The notes under the pieces are model-generated. The model was not told the DNA's origin. It worked only from the letters and a program-made list of their open reading frames with translations, and searched no databases. The position numbers were made by a program, and so were the translations under genes. Source: a bacterium (lineage in GTDB: Bacteria; Zhuqueibacterota; Zhuqueibacteria; Zhuqueibacterales; Zhuqueibacteraceae). Taken from it: DNA of 64,000 nt. Positions 1 to 9,640 of the stretch are shown here, piece after piece (position 1 is the first letter of the stretch; the number at the start of each line of letters is the position of its first letter). The DNA is taken from contig JBIOXB010000223.1 of NCBI GenBank assembly GCA_044869275.1, forward strand, positions 32,001 through 96,000. Reading direction: 5' to 3'.

Positions 1-1
1 T

Positions 2-802
2 CACCGCAAATATCTGCACGCCACGGCGGCCAAAATTTTTGCCGATGGCGTGATCGAGTCACGCACGGCCGCGATGCTGGAGCCTTATCTGGATCGCCCG
101 GATGATCGCGGCATTCCGAATTTGGCAGCGCAGCAGTTCAAGTCATTGGCAGTGGCTTTGGATTCGGCCGGTTTTCAAATCCACATCCATGCCATCGGCG
201 ACCGCGCGATCCGCATGGCGCTCGATGCGCTGGAAGCGGCGCAGCAAACCAACGGCCGGCACGAGGCGCGCCATCACATTGCGCATCTCGAGCTGATCGA
301 TCCCCAGGATATTCCCCGTTTCAAGGCATTGGGCGTGATTGCGAATTTTCAACCGCTCTGGGCGTATGCCGACCTTTACATTACCGCATTGACCGAGCCG
401 GCTTTGGGGCCAGAACGCTCGCGCTGGCTGTATCCGATGGCGAGCGTGGCGCAAACCGGCGCGATGATTGCCGCCGGCAGCGACTGGTCGGTCTCCTCGA
501 TGAATCCGCTGGACGCCATGCAAGTCGCCGTCACCCGGCGCGCGCTGGATGATTCCACCGGCCCGGCGTGGCATCCGGAAGAACTGGTCGATTTGCCCAC
601 GATGATTGCCGCTTACACCATCAATGGCGCGTATGTTAATCATCAAGAAAAAGAGACCGGCTCTCTTGAAGTGGGCAAGGCCGCGGATTTGATCGTGCTC
701 GACCGCAACTTGTTCAAAATTCCCGTACACGAGATTCATCGCGCCCAAGTTTTGCTCACCTTGTTGGAAGGGCAGGAAGTTTATCGCGCAAAATCTTTCT
801 GA
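2..802 (+). CDS. Amidohydrolase (YtcJ-like, amidohydrolase_3), 5'-truncated by window edge
   Basis: Frame open from nt 2 (KIFADG); motifs HIHAIGDRA, IAHLELI, GSDW and GSLEVGKAADLIVL are typical of metal-dependent amidohydrolases. Confidence 0.92.
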   Translation, partial: HRKYLHATAAKIFADGVIESRTAAMLEPYLDRPDDRGIPNLAAQQFKSLAVALDSAGFQIHIHAIGDRAIRMALDALEAAQQTNGRHEARHHIAHLELIDPQDIPRFKALGVIANFQPLWAYADLYITALTEPALGPERSRWLYPMASVAQTGAMIAAGSDWSVSSMNPLDAMQVAVTRRALDDSTGPAWHPEELVDLPTMIAAYTINGAYVNHQEKETGSLEVGKAADLIVLDRNLFKIPVHEIHRAQVLLTLLEGQEVYRAKSF

Positions 803-810
803 GCAATGAT

Positions 811-1077
811 ATGAAACGTCAAAAAAAACTTTCTGATAGGACGTCGAAAGCGCAAGCCGCTTCCGGAAATGCCCGTCTCGCCAAGCAAAGCGATGTTCGG
901 AAGAAAAGGCGTTCCCTGGCCTTGGACAAGCGCGTGCGCCAGATTGAGAATTGGCACAAGCGCCTGGCACCTCAATTTCCGGACATTGATCCGCACGATC
1001 TTCATTTGATTATTGCGTCATTGCTCAGAACCAGGAAGGAGCGGATGGAAATCATGTTTCTCAAGCGGAGAAAATAA
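811..1077 (+). CDS. Small basic hypothetical protein
   Basis: 88-aa ORF fitting between the amidohydrolase stop and the CDGSH start (TAA-ATG abutting); no family recognised. Confidence 0.55.
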   Translation: MKRQKKLSDRTSKAQAASGNARLAKQSDVRKKRRSLALDKRVRQIENWHKRLAPQFPDIDPHDLHLIIASLLRTRKERMEIMFLKRRK

Positions 1078-1308
1078 ATGCCCACCAAAATCACGATCAA
1101 CAACAACGGCAGCATTCGCCTCGAAGGCGATTTCGAGATATTCGATCAAAACGGGAATCCATTCGATTTGGCCGGGCGCACGGCCATTTCACTCTGCCGT
1201 TGTGGGCAGAGCAACAACAAGCCGTTTTGTGACAGCTCGCACCGCACCACGGGATTTCAATCGGAAGTGGTGGCGCGGAAACTGGACCCGCCCAAGCCGA
1301 AAAGCTAA
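1078..1308 (+). CDS. CDGSH iron-sulfur domain protein
   Basis: LCRCGQSNNKPFCDSSH matches the CDGSH/NEET [2Fe-2S] motif. Confidence 0.93.
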   Translation: MPTKITINNNGSIRLEGDFEIFDQNGNPFDLAGRTAISLCRCGQSNNKPFCDSSHRTTGFQSEVVARKLDPPKPKS

Positions 1309-1468
1309 ACGAGCCTCATATGCCGCGCCTGGGCATGGGCGAATGCTCTGAAATCTGACAGCGCCGGACTGATGCTGGCGTGTATCTTTTTGAGGTCAAC
1401 TTTTTCATAGGCATGCACGAGCAAGTTTCTCATTGTTGCGTTTTGCTCTTAACGATGTGCGGGGACAT
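1305..1468 (-). pseudogene. hepT: HepT/DUF86 (HEPN RNase) toxin remnant with internal deletion
   Basis: Manual translation: MSPHIVKSKTQQ* (ATG 1468, overlapping the antitoxin end), then out of frame MRNLLVHAYEKVDLKKIH...RLV* (1433-1305) carrying the HEPN R-x4-H-x-Y motif. Confidence 0.75.
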
Positions 1469-1868
1469 TTTTCATCTCCTGCACGCGACGGGCGAGCACG
1501 GCATCACGAAAACGGCGAAGCGGCTCGGTGTCTTCGAAGATTCTGAACGCTCGGATTTTTTGCTCGAAAAACAATCCGGGTTTCGCTTCGTAAAGGGCTT
1601 TGCCTTTCTGAAAGATTTCGAGAAGTAGAACGGGATCGGTTACGGCATCAATAATGGCAACGTCGACCTCTTGCTGAAAAAGATCTTCCATTTCGCCATA
1701 CAATCGGATAACGTTTTCCCGCAAAGGTGCGGTGCGCGAAGACAGTGCGATGTCAACATCGCTGCGCGCCTTAGTTTTACCTGTTGCTTGCGAGCCAAAG
1801 AGGATCATTAAATCAATCCCGCGCTCTTGGCACCATGACGATAGTATTTGTTGGTCCAAATCAAGCAT
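1449..1868 (-). CDS. mntA: MntA-type minimal nucleotidyltransferase antitoxin
   Basis: LFGSQATGKTKARSDVDIA (GS-x10-DxD) and VDV; start probably ATG 1868 or GTG 1874 rather than 1937. Confidence 0.88.
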   Translation of the reverse strand: MLDLDQQILSSWCQERGIDLMILFGSQATGKTKARSDVDIALSSRTAPLRENVIRLYGEMEDLFQQEVDVAIIDAVTDPVLLLEIFQKGKALYEAKPGLFFEQKIRAFRIFEDTEPLRRFRDAVLARRVQEMKNVPAHR

Positions 1869-1972
1869 GATCACGGATTTTTGTTTTTGGGAGACGCTTG
1901 CTTGAAAGATAAGCGCAAATCTGTTGAGTTGCAACATGGATTCTTCACGATCAGATACCGCTAGAAGGTGCG

Positions 1973-3064
1973 ATGCACATCTCCGACCTCAAATACGATT
2001 GCCGGCATTTTCGTGGTGCCATTCCCTGCACGCCGAACAAACTGCGCGGCAAAGTTTGCGGCGCCTGCGACGAGTACGATCCCATACGCACGCGTATTTT
2101 AATCATCAAGCTGGGCGCGGCCGGCGATGTCATTCGGACCACGCCGTTATTGCAGCGCTTCCGCCGGGAATATCCCAGCGCACATCTCACCTGGCTCACC
2201 TTGACACCCGAGGTTCTGCCGGCAAGCCGGATCGACAAAATTTATAAGTTCGATTTCAAAGCCGTATACGCGCTGCGGCAATTGCCATTCGATATTGTGG
2301 TCAATCTCGACAAAGACCTCGAAGCCTGCGCGTTGCTGGAAGAAATCCCTGCGCCGAAAAAATTCGGTTTCGGTTTGAAACGCGGCCATATTTATCCGGC
2401 GAACGAGCCGGCCGCGCAGAAGCTGCTAACCGGCGCATTCGACCATCTTTCGAAGCAAAATCGCAAAAGTTATTTGCAGGAGATCTTTGCAATCTGCGGT
2501 TTTGATTTTCGCGGCGAGCCTTATGTTTTGGAAGTGGAGGAGCGCCATCAAAAAATGTGGCAGGAGCTGCATCAAAAAGCGCGCGGCAGAAAAGTCATTG
2601 GCCTGAACACCGGCTGCGGCGAGCGCTGGCTCACGCGCCTGTGGCCGGAGGTATACTGGTTGGAACTCGTGCACAGATTGCAGCAGCAGAACTACTTTCC
2701 GGTGCTGCTCGGCGGGCCGGCGGAGGACGCGCAGAATATTTTGTACGGGCAGAAATCCGGGGCTTATTATCCCGGCCTTTTCCCTTTGCAGCAATTTATC
2801 TCGCTGTCCGCGCAATGCCATGTTATCGTTTCGGCCGTCACCATGATGATGCACATTGCCATTGGCTTGCGCGTACCGCTGGTCTTATTCAACAACATTT
2901 TTAATCCACACGAATTCGAATTGTACGGCAACGGCTTCATGGTGCAGCCCGAATCCGGCTGTGATTGTTATTTTGGCAATACTTGCACCCGCGCGCGGCA
3001 TTGCATGCACGATCTTCATGTCGAAACCGTTTTGCTCGCAATCGAGAGAATGGCGAAGCGTTGA
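1973..3064 (+). CDS. Glycosyltransferase family 9 (LPS heptosyltransferase-like)
   Basis: ILIIKLGAAGDVIRTTP, RLWP and MHIAIGL motifs. Confidence 0.9.
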   Translation: MHISDLKYDCRHFRGAIPCTPNKLRGKVCGACDEYDPIRTRILIIKLGAAGDVIRTTPLLQRFRREYPSAHLTWLTLTPEVLPASRIDKIYKFDFKAVYALRQLPFDIVVNLDKDLEACALLEEIPAPKKFGFGLKRGHIYPANEPAAQKLLTGAFDHLSKQNRKSYLQEIFAICGFDFRGEPYVLEVEERHQKMWQELHQKARGRKVIGLNTGCGERWLTRLWPEVYWLELVHRLQQQNYFPVLLGGPAEDAQNILYGQKSGAYYPGLFPLQQFISLSAQCHVIVSAVTMMMHIAIGLRVPLVLFNNIFNPHEFELYGNGFMVQPESGCDCYFGNTCTRARHCMHDLHVETVLLAIERMAKR

Positions 3065-3065
3065 C

Positions 3066-4199
3066 ATGAAAATCGCGTATCTCTCCACTTTTTATCCCTT
3101 CCGCGGTGGTATCGCACAATTCAACGCCTCGCTGCTGCGCGCATTGGAAAAGCAGCACGAAATTCGCGCGTTCACGTTCACGCGACAATACCCCGCCTTG
3201 CTCTTTCCCGGTGCCACCCAGTATGTTACGTCCGGGGACGTGGTGGACAAAATCCCCGCTGCACCGCTTTTGGATACGATCAATCCGATTTCATATTTCA
3301 AAACCGCCGCGGCCATACAGAGGTTTCGTCCGGAGCTATTGGTGATGAAATTCTGGATGCCGTTCTTCTCCCCCGCGCTGGGAACCGTCGCCGGACGCCT
3401 GCGCAAAAATGGCACGCGCACCGTCGCTATTCTCGATAATCTAATTCCGCACGAGCGGCGGCCGGGCGATTTGCTTTTGATCAAGTACTTTCTGCGGCGC
3501 AATGACGGTTTTGTTGCCATGAGCAAGACCGTGGAAAGGGATTTGCTGAACATTCATTCGCGCGCGAAATACGTGCTCAGGCCGCATCCGCTCTACGATC
3601 ACTTCGGGCCGGCGCTTCCGTCGCCGGAAGCCAAGGCGCGGCTCGGTTTGCCGGCCGACAAACGCATTCTGCTTTTCTTCGGTTTCATTCGCGATTACAA
3701 AGGCCTGGACGATTTGATTCGCGCGACCGCGCATTTGCCCAGTGATTATTTGCTGGTGATCGCCGGCGAGGTTTATGGCAGTTTCGACAAATATCAAAAT
3801 TTGATTGCGGCAATGGGAACGGCAGACCGCATCAAGCTTTTCGTGCGTTATATTGACGATCGCGAAGTGCCGGATTTCTTCTCTGCCGCGGAGGTTTGTG
3901 TGTTGCCCTACAAGTCCGCCACACAAAGCGGCATCGTGCAGATCGCTTTCAATTTCAACTTGCCGGTGATCGTCACCGAGGTTGGCGGGTTGTCGGAAAT
4001 GGTCGAAGACGGAGAGACCGGCCTGATTTTGCGTGGACGCGAGCCACAAGAAATGGCAGGGCGCGTCATGGAATTTTTTCAAAAGAATATGCGTGCACAG
4101 ATGTCCAGAAATATTGCGATGCGGCGACCACAGTATGGCTGGGCGGGGTTTGCGGAGGCGATCTTGCAGCTCTATAAGAAGCTGGGGCCAGCAAAATAG
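3066..4199 (+). CDS. Glycosyltransferase family 4
   Basis: Start MKIAYL at 3066; FFGFIRDYKG, LPYKSATQSG, PVIVTEVGGL. Confidence 0.92.
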   Translation: MKIAYLSTFYPFRGGIAQFNASLLRALEKQHEIRAFTFTRQYPALLFPGATQYVTSGDVVDKIPAAPLLDTINPISYFKTAAAIQRFRPELLVMKFWMPFFSPALGTVAGRLRKNGTRTVAILDNLIPHERRPGDLLLIKYFLRRNDGFVAMSKTVERDLLNIHSRAKYVLRPHPLYDHFGPALPSPEAKARLGLPADKRILLFFGFIRDYKGLDDLIRATAHLPSDYLLVIAGEVYGSFDKYQNLIAAMGTADRIKLFVRYIDDREVPDFFSAAEVCVLPYKSATQSGIVQIAFNFNLPVIVTEVGGLSEMVEDGETGLILRGREPQEMAGRVMEFFQKNMRAQMSRNIAMRRPQYGWAGFAEAILQLYKKLGPAK

Positions 4200-4237
4200 C
4201 TTCGGATTGAGAACTAGAAGACTTCCCCATTTCTCAA

Positions 4238-4297
4238 ACTGCGAATGAACGCGAATAGACGCGAATTGAGAACATATTAGCGTACATTCGCGGTTTC
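4238..4297. repeat. REP-like imperfect palindrome (ACGCGAAT units / ATTCGCG)
   Basis: aactgcgaatgaacgcgaatagacgcgaat...attagcgtacattcgcggttt downstream of the GT4 stop. Confidence 0.6.
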
Positions 4298-4462
4298 AAA
4301 AAACGGGCAAGTTATCTAAACGGTGATCGTCAATGACCCCGAGCCAAGAAAAACGCCTTGTTTGCAATTTGGACGCGCAGTACATTATGATGGTTCTTGA
4401 ATGGAGTAGCTCCTCGCAGGACAGCGCGATGAAGTTCATTCCAAACTCCATGGGAGGTCGTC

Positions 4463-4681
4463 ATGGCAGAGCAAAACTGGGAAGCGGTTGAAGTTTATTG
4501 CCGTTATGATGAATGTGCGGAGCAGATTCAAGGGTTGGACAACAAACCGCGGCTTTCAAAAAGGAAGATGAGATTTACCGGCCAGGAGTTCTGGGGCGCG
4601 GCGGTGTTCACCTGTCCGCTGTGTGGACGCCAGCGCAAGTTCAAGGAGCGAACATTCGGCACGGGCTTCACCGAGATTTAG
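4463..4681 (+). CDS. Small Cys4 (putative zinc-ribbon) protein
   Basis: RBS GGGAGG; C-x4-C...C-x2-C; paralogous to the C-terminus of the downstream TIR protein with many synonymous differences. Confidence 0.8.
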   Translation: MAEQNWEAVEVYCRYDECAEQIQGLDNKPRLSKRKMRFTGQEFWGAAVFTCPLCGRQRKFKERTFGTGFTEI

Positions 4682-4754
4682 TTCAACCTTTTGCGGCACA
4701 TCAGATTGGGAACGAGCTTCTTCGCATTTTCCTTCTCTCTTTGAGGAGATAAAT

Positions 4755-5537
4755 ATGCTGGTTTTTCTCAGCTGTTCTGGTGAAAGGAGTAAATCCGTTG
4801 CTGACGAATTGGCAAAATGGCTTCGTAAAGTAATACAAGCGGTTGAGCCTTGGATATATACCGATATCGAAAAAGGAGTCAAATGGGGTCCGGAAATATT
4901 TAGAAAACTGAAAGATTCCAAAGTTGGAATTCTGTGTGTGACAAAAGAGAATCTTGACTCAAGATGGATACTTTTCGAAGCTGGGGCTCTCTCAGTTAAG
5001 CAAAACGCTTACGTTTGCACACTTCTCTTAGACGTTGAGCCAACAGATGTAAAACAACCTCTTGCCCAATTTGAAGCCACCAAGATTAACAAAGAAGATT
5101 TTTATCGGCTTCTTCAGACAATTAATCGGGCAGTGGAGGAATCGGGGGAACGAGCTTTGGGTGAATTTGATCTAAAAGAATTATATGATTACCATTGGCA
5201 TCTTCTAGATGATCGATTTAAAAAGATCAACGAGGCGGGGGCATCGATTCCAATGCCGATCCGTTCTGAGCGAGAAATGCTGCAAGAGATTCTCGAATTG
5301 GTGAGGAGTCAAGTACGAGATACGAATTGGGAACCAGTTGAAGTTTATTGCCGTTATGATGAATGTGCGGAGCAGATTCAAGGATTTGACAACAAGCCGC
5401 GGCTTGCAAAAAGGAAAATGCGATTCACGGGTATTGATGATGGCGGCGCAGCGGTGTTTGCTTGTCCAGTTTGCGGTAGCGAGCGTAGATTCAAAGAGCG
5501 AACGTCAGGCAGAGGCTTTGCTGAGATTTATTCTTGA
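4755..5537 (+). CDS. TIR-domain protein with C-terminal Cys4 domain
   Basis: RBS GAGGAG then ATG 4755; VFLSCSG...DIEKG..W...GILCVT...SRWILFEAGAL (TIR_2 with catalytic Glu); C-terminal ~70 aa duplicate the upstream gene. Confidence 0.87.
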   Translation: MLVFLSCSGERSKSVADELAKWLRKVIQAVEPWIYTDIEKGVKWGPEIFRKLKDSKVGILCVTKENLDSRWILFEAGALSVKQNAYVCTLLLDVEPTDVKQPLAQFEATKINKEDFYRLLQTINRAVEESGERALGEFDLKELYDYHWHLLDDRFKKINEAGASIPMPIRSEREMLQEILELVRSQVRDTNWEPVEVYCRYDECAEQIQGFDNKPRLAKRKMRFTGIDDGGAAVFACPVCGSERRFKERTSGRGFAEIYS

Positions 5538-5579
5538 GTTTTCTGTCATTACTGGTTACCTAAAAACTGCTAGTAGCGC

Positions 5580-6599
5580 ATGATTGGCTCTTCGTTTACA
5601 GCATTTTCGCAAAGTTCTCACGCCGTGCGTCGGCCCGCATTTTCTGTACGCGGGATTCCGGTCTATGGCGATATCATTCTTGCGCCCATGGCGGGCTTTT
5701 CCGATCTGCCCTATCGCTTGATCGCGCGCGATTTCGGCTCGGCCATGAGCTACACCGAGTTCGTATCGACCGACGGCCTCCTGCACGGCAATGAAAAGAC
5801 CATGCGCATGCTCGATTTCGACCGGCGCGTCGAGCAGCCCATGACCTTTCAAGTGTTCGGCAGCGATGAGAACGTTATTGTCGAAGCCTGCAAAAAAATC
5901 GAGCAGCTCGGCCCGACGATTATTGATTTGAACATGGGCTGCTCGGTGGCCAAAGTTTCTGGTCGCGGCGCAGGCGCGGGATTGTTAAAAGAGCCGCCTA
6001 AAATCGGCCGCATCTTTGCCCGGCTCTCCAAAGAATTATCCGTGCCGGTGACGGGAAAGATTCGGTTGGGTTGGGATTGCAATTGTCGCAACTATCTGGA
6101 AGTTGCCAAAATTCTGGAGGACAACGGCGCAGCGTTACTGGCCGTGCACGGCCGCACCAAGTCACAAGCCTATGAGGGCCAAGCTGACTGGAGCGCGATT
6201 GCGGAAATCAAACAAACACTGAGAATTCCCGTACTCGGCAACGGCGATGTGAAATGTGTCGCCGATATCGATCGCATCAAACGCCTCACCGGCTGCGACG
6301 GCGTGATGATCGGCCGTGCGGCCATTGGCAATCCGTGGATCTTTGCACGTAAAGACCGCCATGAAGTGGTGTTCGAGGAAAAAGCCGCACTTATTCGCCG
6401 GCATCTGAGCTTGATGCTGGGCTACTACGGCCCGGAATACGGCCTGGTGCTGTTTCGCAAGCACGTGGTCAAATACATCACCGAAGTGCGCGGCGCCGCG
6501 GCGTTGCGTGGCAGCTTTCTCACCTGCGAGCGCGCGGAAGACTTCATTGCCTTGTTGGAAGAAGCCGAGGCACAGCAGCGGCAGTTGTTAGCGGCGTGA
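5580..6599 (+). CDS. dusB: tRNA-dihydrouridine synthase B
   Basis: LAPMAG, IDLNMGC, KIRLGW, VHGRT, GNGDV, GVMIGRAAIGNPWIF. Confidence 0.93.
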   Translation: MIGSSFTAFSQSSHAVRRPAFSVRGIPVYGDIILAPMAGFSDLPYRLIARDFGSAMSYTEFVSTDGLLHGNEKTMRMLDFDRRVEQPMTFQVFGSDENVIVEACKKIEQLGPTIIDLNMGCSVAKVSGRGAGAGLLKEPPKIGRIFARLSKELSVPVTGKIRLGWDCNCRNYLEVAKILEDNGAALLAVHGRTKSQAYEGQADWSAIAEIKQTLRIPVLGNGDVKCVADIDRIKRLTGCDGVMIGRAAIGNPWIFARKDRHEVVFEEKAALIRRHLSLMLGYYGPEYGLVLFRKHVVKYITEVRGAAALRGSFLTCERAEDFIALLEEAEAQQRQLLAA

Positions 6600-6633
6600 A
6601 ATGGTAAGATGTCACACTCGCACTTGCCTACCC

Positions 6634-7275
6634 ATGCACAACCTTCGCAAGCTGATTCTCACCGCCATTTTTATCGCCCTCGCCATTGCGGGCGGACTGG
6701 CACGTATTCAGCTTCCCAACGTCGAATTTTTGACCGTTGCTTTTTTTCTCGCGGGATTCCTTTTGGGTCTCGCGCGCGGAGTATTTGTGGGCGCGACCGC
6801 GGAATTTCTCTATTCGTTTTTCAATCCCTATGGCCCGGCGGCCCCGCCATTATTGGCCGCGCAAGTTTTCAGCATGGCCCTGGCCGGAGGGGCTGGCGGT
6901 TTCGTGGGAAAATTCTTTGAAACCCGCACGCCGCCGTTTTGGTTGTTGGGCGCTTGCGGCTTCATCTTAACCGTGATTTTTGATCTCAATACCACGCTGT
7001 CTTTCACCCTGTTCATCGACGGCAATTCGCAAAGCCTGCTCGCCGCGATTGCTTTCGGCGCGCCTTTTTATTTCGCGCACATCGGTACAAACACATTGAT
7101 TTTTAGCCTGCTCTTGCCTATACTCATTCCGCGTTTGCGCACATTGGCCATATTCCGAAATCTCTCGACCGTCGATTCAACACCACACCGTGAACATTCT
7201 TCGCCAATTTCCTCTGCTCTTCCCGCTTCTTCTCTTCACCAGCTTGACCGCGCAAGTACCGGCGAGCAAACCTGA
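6634..7275 (+). CDS. ECF transporter S component (vitamin-binding membrane protein)
   Basis: N-terminal LILTAIFIALAIA, LPNVE, about 6 hydrophobic segments; start 6634 preferred. Confidence 0.7.
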   Translation: MHNLRKLILTAIFIALAIAGGLARIQLPNVEFLTVAFFLAGFLLGLARGVFVGATAEFLYSFFNPYGPAAPPLLAAQVFSMALAGGAGGFVGKFFETRTPPFWLLGACGFILTVIFDLNTTLSFTLFIDGNSQSLLAAIAFGAPFYFAHIGTNTLIFSLLLPILIPRLRTLAIFRNLSTVDSTPHREHSSPISSALPASSLHQLDRASTGEQT

Positions 7276-9109
7276 GAACCCGGCTGATTCCTCCGCTGCT
7301 GCCGCATTGAGGCAAGTGCATGCCGATACCACACAGCCTGATTCGCTCTTGCCGCCCGTATTCGTTGCGCCCATGGACGCGATGGGGTTCGAAATGCCCG
7401 GCACGGCGTACGAAATCGAATCCTCGCATGTTCCCGAGTTTTTATTTCAAGATCTTGCTCAGCTTTTTTCGAACACGCTGCCCGGCATTCCGCTCGCTGC
7501 GGGAGAGGTGGGGCAGCCGCACTATTGGGCCAGCGGCGAGCTGCCCGCGCGTGTGATCACGACATGGGTCGATAGCGTGAACTGGATTCCCGGCGTGTAT
7601 GGCACGGTGGATCTGAGCGGCTTGCCGGAGGCCGGCGCCAATAACACGCAGTTTGACGGCCTCCATTCGCCCGTATTTGCGCCCGGCGCTGTATACACAG
7701 GATTGCGCCTCACTCGCGATTCCTTGAGCTATGACGAGCCGTTGACGCGGGTAGGTTACGCCAAGGGCCCGTTTGGCGCCGACGCCACGCGCATTAGTTT
7801 TAGCCGCGCCTTCAGCCGGCGCTTGGCCGGCGATCTCAACGTGGCCTTCAGCAATGCCGACGGCCAGTTCGTTGATTTGCCCTACAAAGGGCACAAGGCG
7901 CGTTTGCATTTCGACTATCGCCTGGGCCGGCGCTGGCGTTTGATCTATCGCCATTTCAACGTACGTAATGAAGTCGGCATCGGCGTGCCCTTCTTTCCGG
8001 AGGAATGGCCTCAGGTCGATGGAGCGTTTCACAAAGAAGAAAGGCTGTACCACGCGGTGGACGTGGCGCCCTCGCGAAAATTTCTGGCGCGTGCATTTTA
8101 CTGGCAGGTGAAGGAAGAATTGAACGACCCCGCGCGCCAAATTCGCCATCGCGTGCGCGATGGTGGTGCGGAGGCGCATGGGCAGTGGCAGCACGAGCGC
8201 GCGGCTGTGGCCGTGCATGCGCGCATCGGCAACGAACAAATTCATAGCACCTCGATTATCCCGGGTTCACGCTGGTACGGAAATATCGGCGCGACATTTT
8301 CATGGCGCCTCATTTCGCGTTTCTGGCTTCAAAGCGAGGGCCAGTACCAGCGCAAAGGCGCCTGGCCTGAGAGCCAGGCGTTGTCTTTGGCAGGCTTGTG
8401 GCGAGCTCATGCGAGCGTGCTCGTGTGGGTGCGGGCGCGGCAGCAGCGAGTTCCACCGGCGCTGTCTGAAAAGGACAACCAGTTGCTCTACCTCTCCTCC
8501 AATCTAAAATTGCAGGCGGTTGATCTCGTGCATCTCGAGGGCGGTTTTTCGTGGCGGCGAAACGCATTCGCAGGGCAGGTACAGGTCGGCAGCGCCCGCT
8601 GGCGGGAGGGTTACCTCTTCGCCGCTGACAGCGCTGCTGGACCGGCGTATTTGCGCAACGATGATCAGTCTGAGCAGACGATGGCAGCGCGTGCGCAACT
8701 GCAGTGGCAACCGAAAAGAGATATTTCCATTCAGCTCGTGGGGGCGCAAAATCTGCAAAGCCTGCCGCGGCATTATTGGTTCTGGTATCAGCCTGAAGGT
8801 TTCGCGCGGCTGCAACTCGAAGCGCGCCGGACGTTTTTCAAGAATGAGCTGGAAGTCATGCCGCGTTTTTCCGTGCGTTATCTGGGCGAACGCACCTCGC
8901 CGGTGTTCTCGGAGGAGAGCGTGCTGCCGCAATTCAAAACCTTTGCCGCCGTGACGACGTTCGACTTTCATCTGCGCTTGCGGTACGGCAGCGGCGCCAT
9001 ACTTTTTGCCTGGGAAAATCTATTGAACAACAAATACGCATTGCGCGACGGCGTGCCCGACCCCGGCCTGCTGTTTCGCTGGGGCTTTCATTGGACTTTT
9101 CGCGATTGA
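7190..9109 (+). CDS. Outer-membrane beta-barrel protein (TonB-dependent receptor or putative porin-like)
   Basis: Signal peptide, plug-like N-terminal region, alternating amphipathic strands, C-terminal ENLLN...FRWGFHWTFRD. Confidence 0.7.
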   Translation: MNILRQFPLLFPLLLFTSLTAQVPASKPENPADSSAAAALRQVHADTTQPDSLLPPVFVAPMDAMGFEMPGTAYEIESSHVPEFLFQDLAQLFSNTLPGIPLAAGEVGQPHYWASGELPARVITTWVDSVNWIPGVYGTVDLSGLPEAGANNTQFDGLHSPVFAPGAVYTGLRLTRDSLSYDEPLTRVGYAKGPFGADATRISFSRAFSRRLAGDLNVAFSNADGQFVDLPYKGHKARLHFDYRLGRRWRLIYRHFNVRNEVGIGVPFFPEEWPQVDGAFHKEERLYHAVDVAPSRKFLARAFYWQVKEELNDPARQIRHRVRDGGAEAHGQWQHERAAVAVHARIGNEQIHSTSIIPGSRWYGNIGATFSWRLISRFWLQSEGQYQRKGAWPESQALSLAGLWRAHASVLVWVRARQQRVPPALSEKDNQLLYLSSNLKLQAVDLVHLEGGFSWRRNAFAGQVQVGSARWREGYLFAADSAAGPAYLRNDDQSEQTMAARAQLQWQPKRDISIQLVGAQNLQSLPRHYWFWYQPEGFARLQLEARRTFFKNELEVMPRFSVRYLGERTSPVFSEESVLPQFKTFAAVTTFDFHLRLRYGSGAILFAWENLLNNKYALRDGVPDPGLLFRWGFHWTFRD

Positions 9110-9111
9110 GG

Positions 9112-9504
9112 ATGAGACGATTCCCGCCATTTTTCCCCTTGCGCTCAGCGCTCTACGCTTTGCCTTTTGCCTTTTGCCTTTTTCTTTTTGCTTCTTGCTC
9201 TGCCAAACCTCCGGCGCATATCACCGATCCCGGCCAGTTGATTTATCTCGGTTACACCAACCAGGAAGCCAATTGCAGCCGCTGCCACGGCGACGAAGGA
9301 CAGGGAGGAATGTTCGGCCCGAAAATTCACGGCGTGCTGCAGAAGAAGGGGGCGGAATATGTGCGCGAAACGATTCGACAAGGCAAAGGCGAAGGCGATA
9401 ATCGCATGCCCGCTTTGGCGGACCAATTGAGCGCCGAGCAAATCGCACAAGTCATTCGATTCTTGTCCACGTGGAGCGATAGCAGCAGTACTTTGTCGCC
9501 TTAG
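9112..9504 (+). CDS. Lipoprotein c-type cytochrome
   Basis: Lipobox LFASC, heme motif CSRCH, distal MPA. Confidence 0.87.
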   Translation: MRRFPPFFPLRSALYALPFAFCLFLFASCSAKPPAHITDPGQLIYLGYTNQEANCSRCHGDEGQGGMFGPKIHGVLQKKGAEYVRETIRQGKGEGDNRMPALADQLSAEQIAQVIRFLSTWSDSSSTLSP

Positions 9505-9640
9505 CCCATCACGGGTCCTTTATGCGAAAGCAAAAAAATCTTCACCAGATAGATCAAACCCATAGGATAAGTTACGATGGTGATTTTTGGGCCGGCTGAT
9601 CCCGAAGCTTCGGGATGAAGCTCTGAGAGCAGCAATTGCA

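Noticed and set aside
4475..5530. Duplicated ~200-bp segment as a DGR template/variable repeat pair
   Set aside because: Differences are not adenine-specific, many are synonymous, and there is no reverse transcriptase in the window
4463..6599. TIR module as an island integrated at a dus gene
   Set aside because: No integrase or att duplication seen; known dus-associated integrases target dusA
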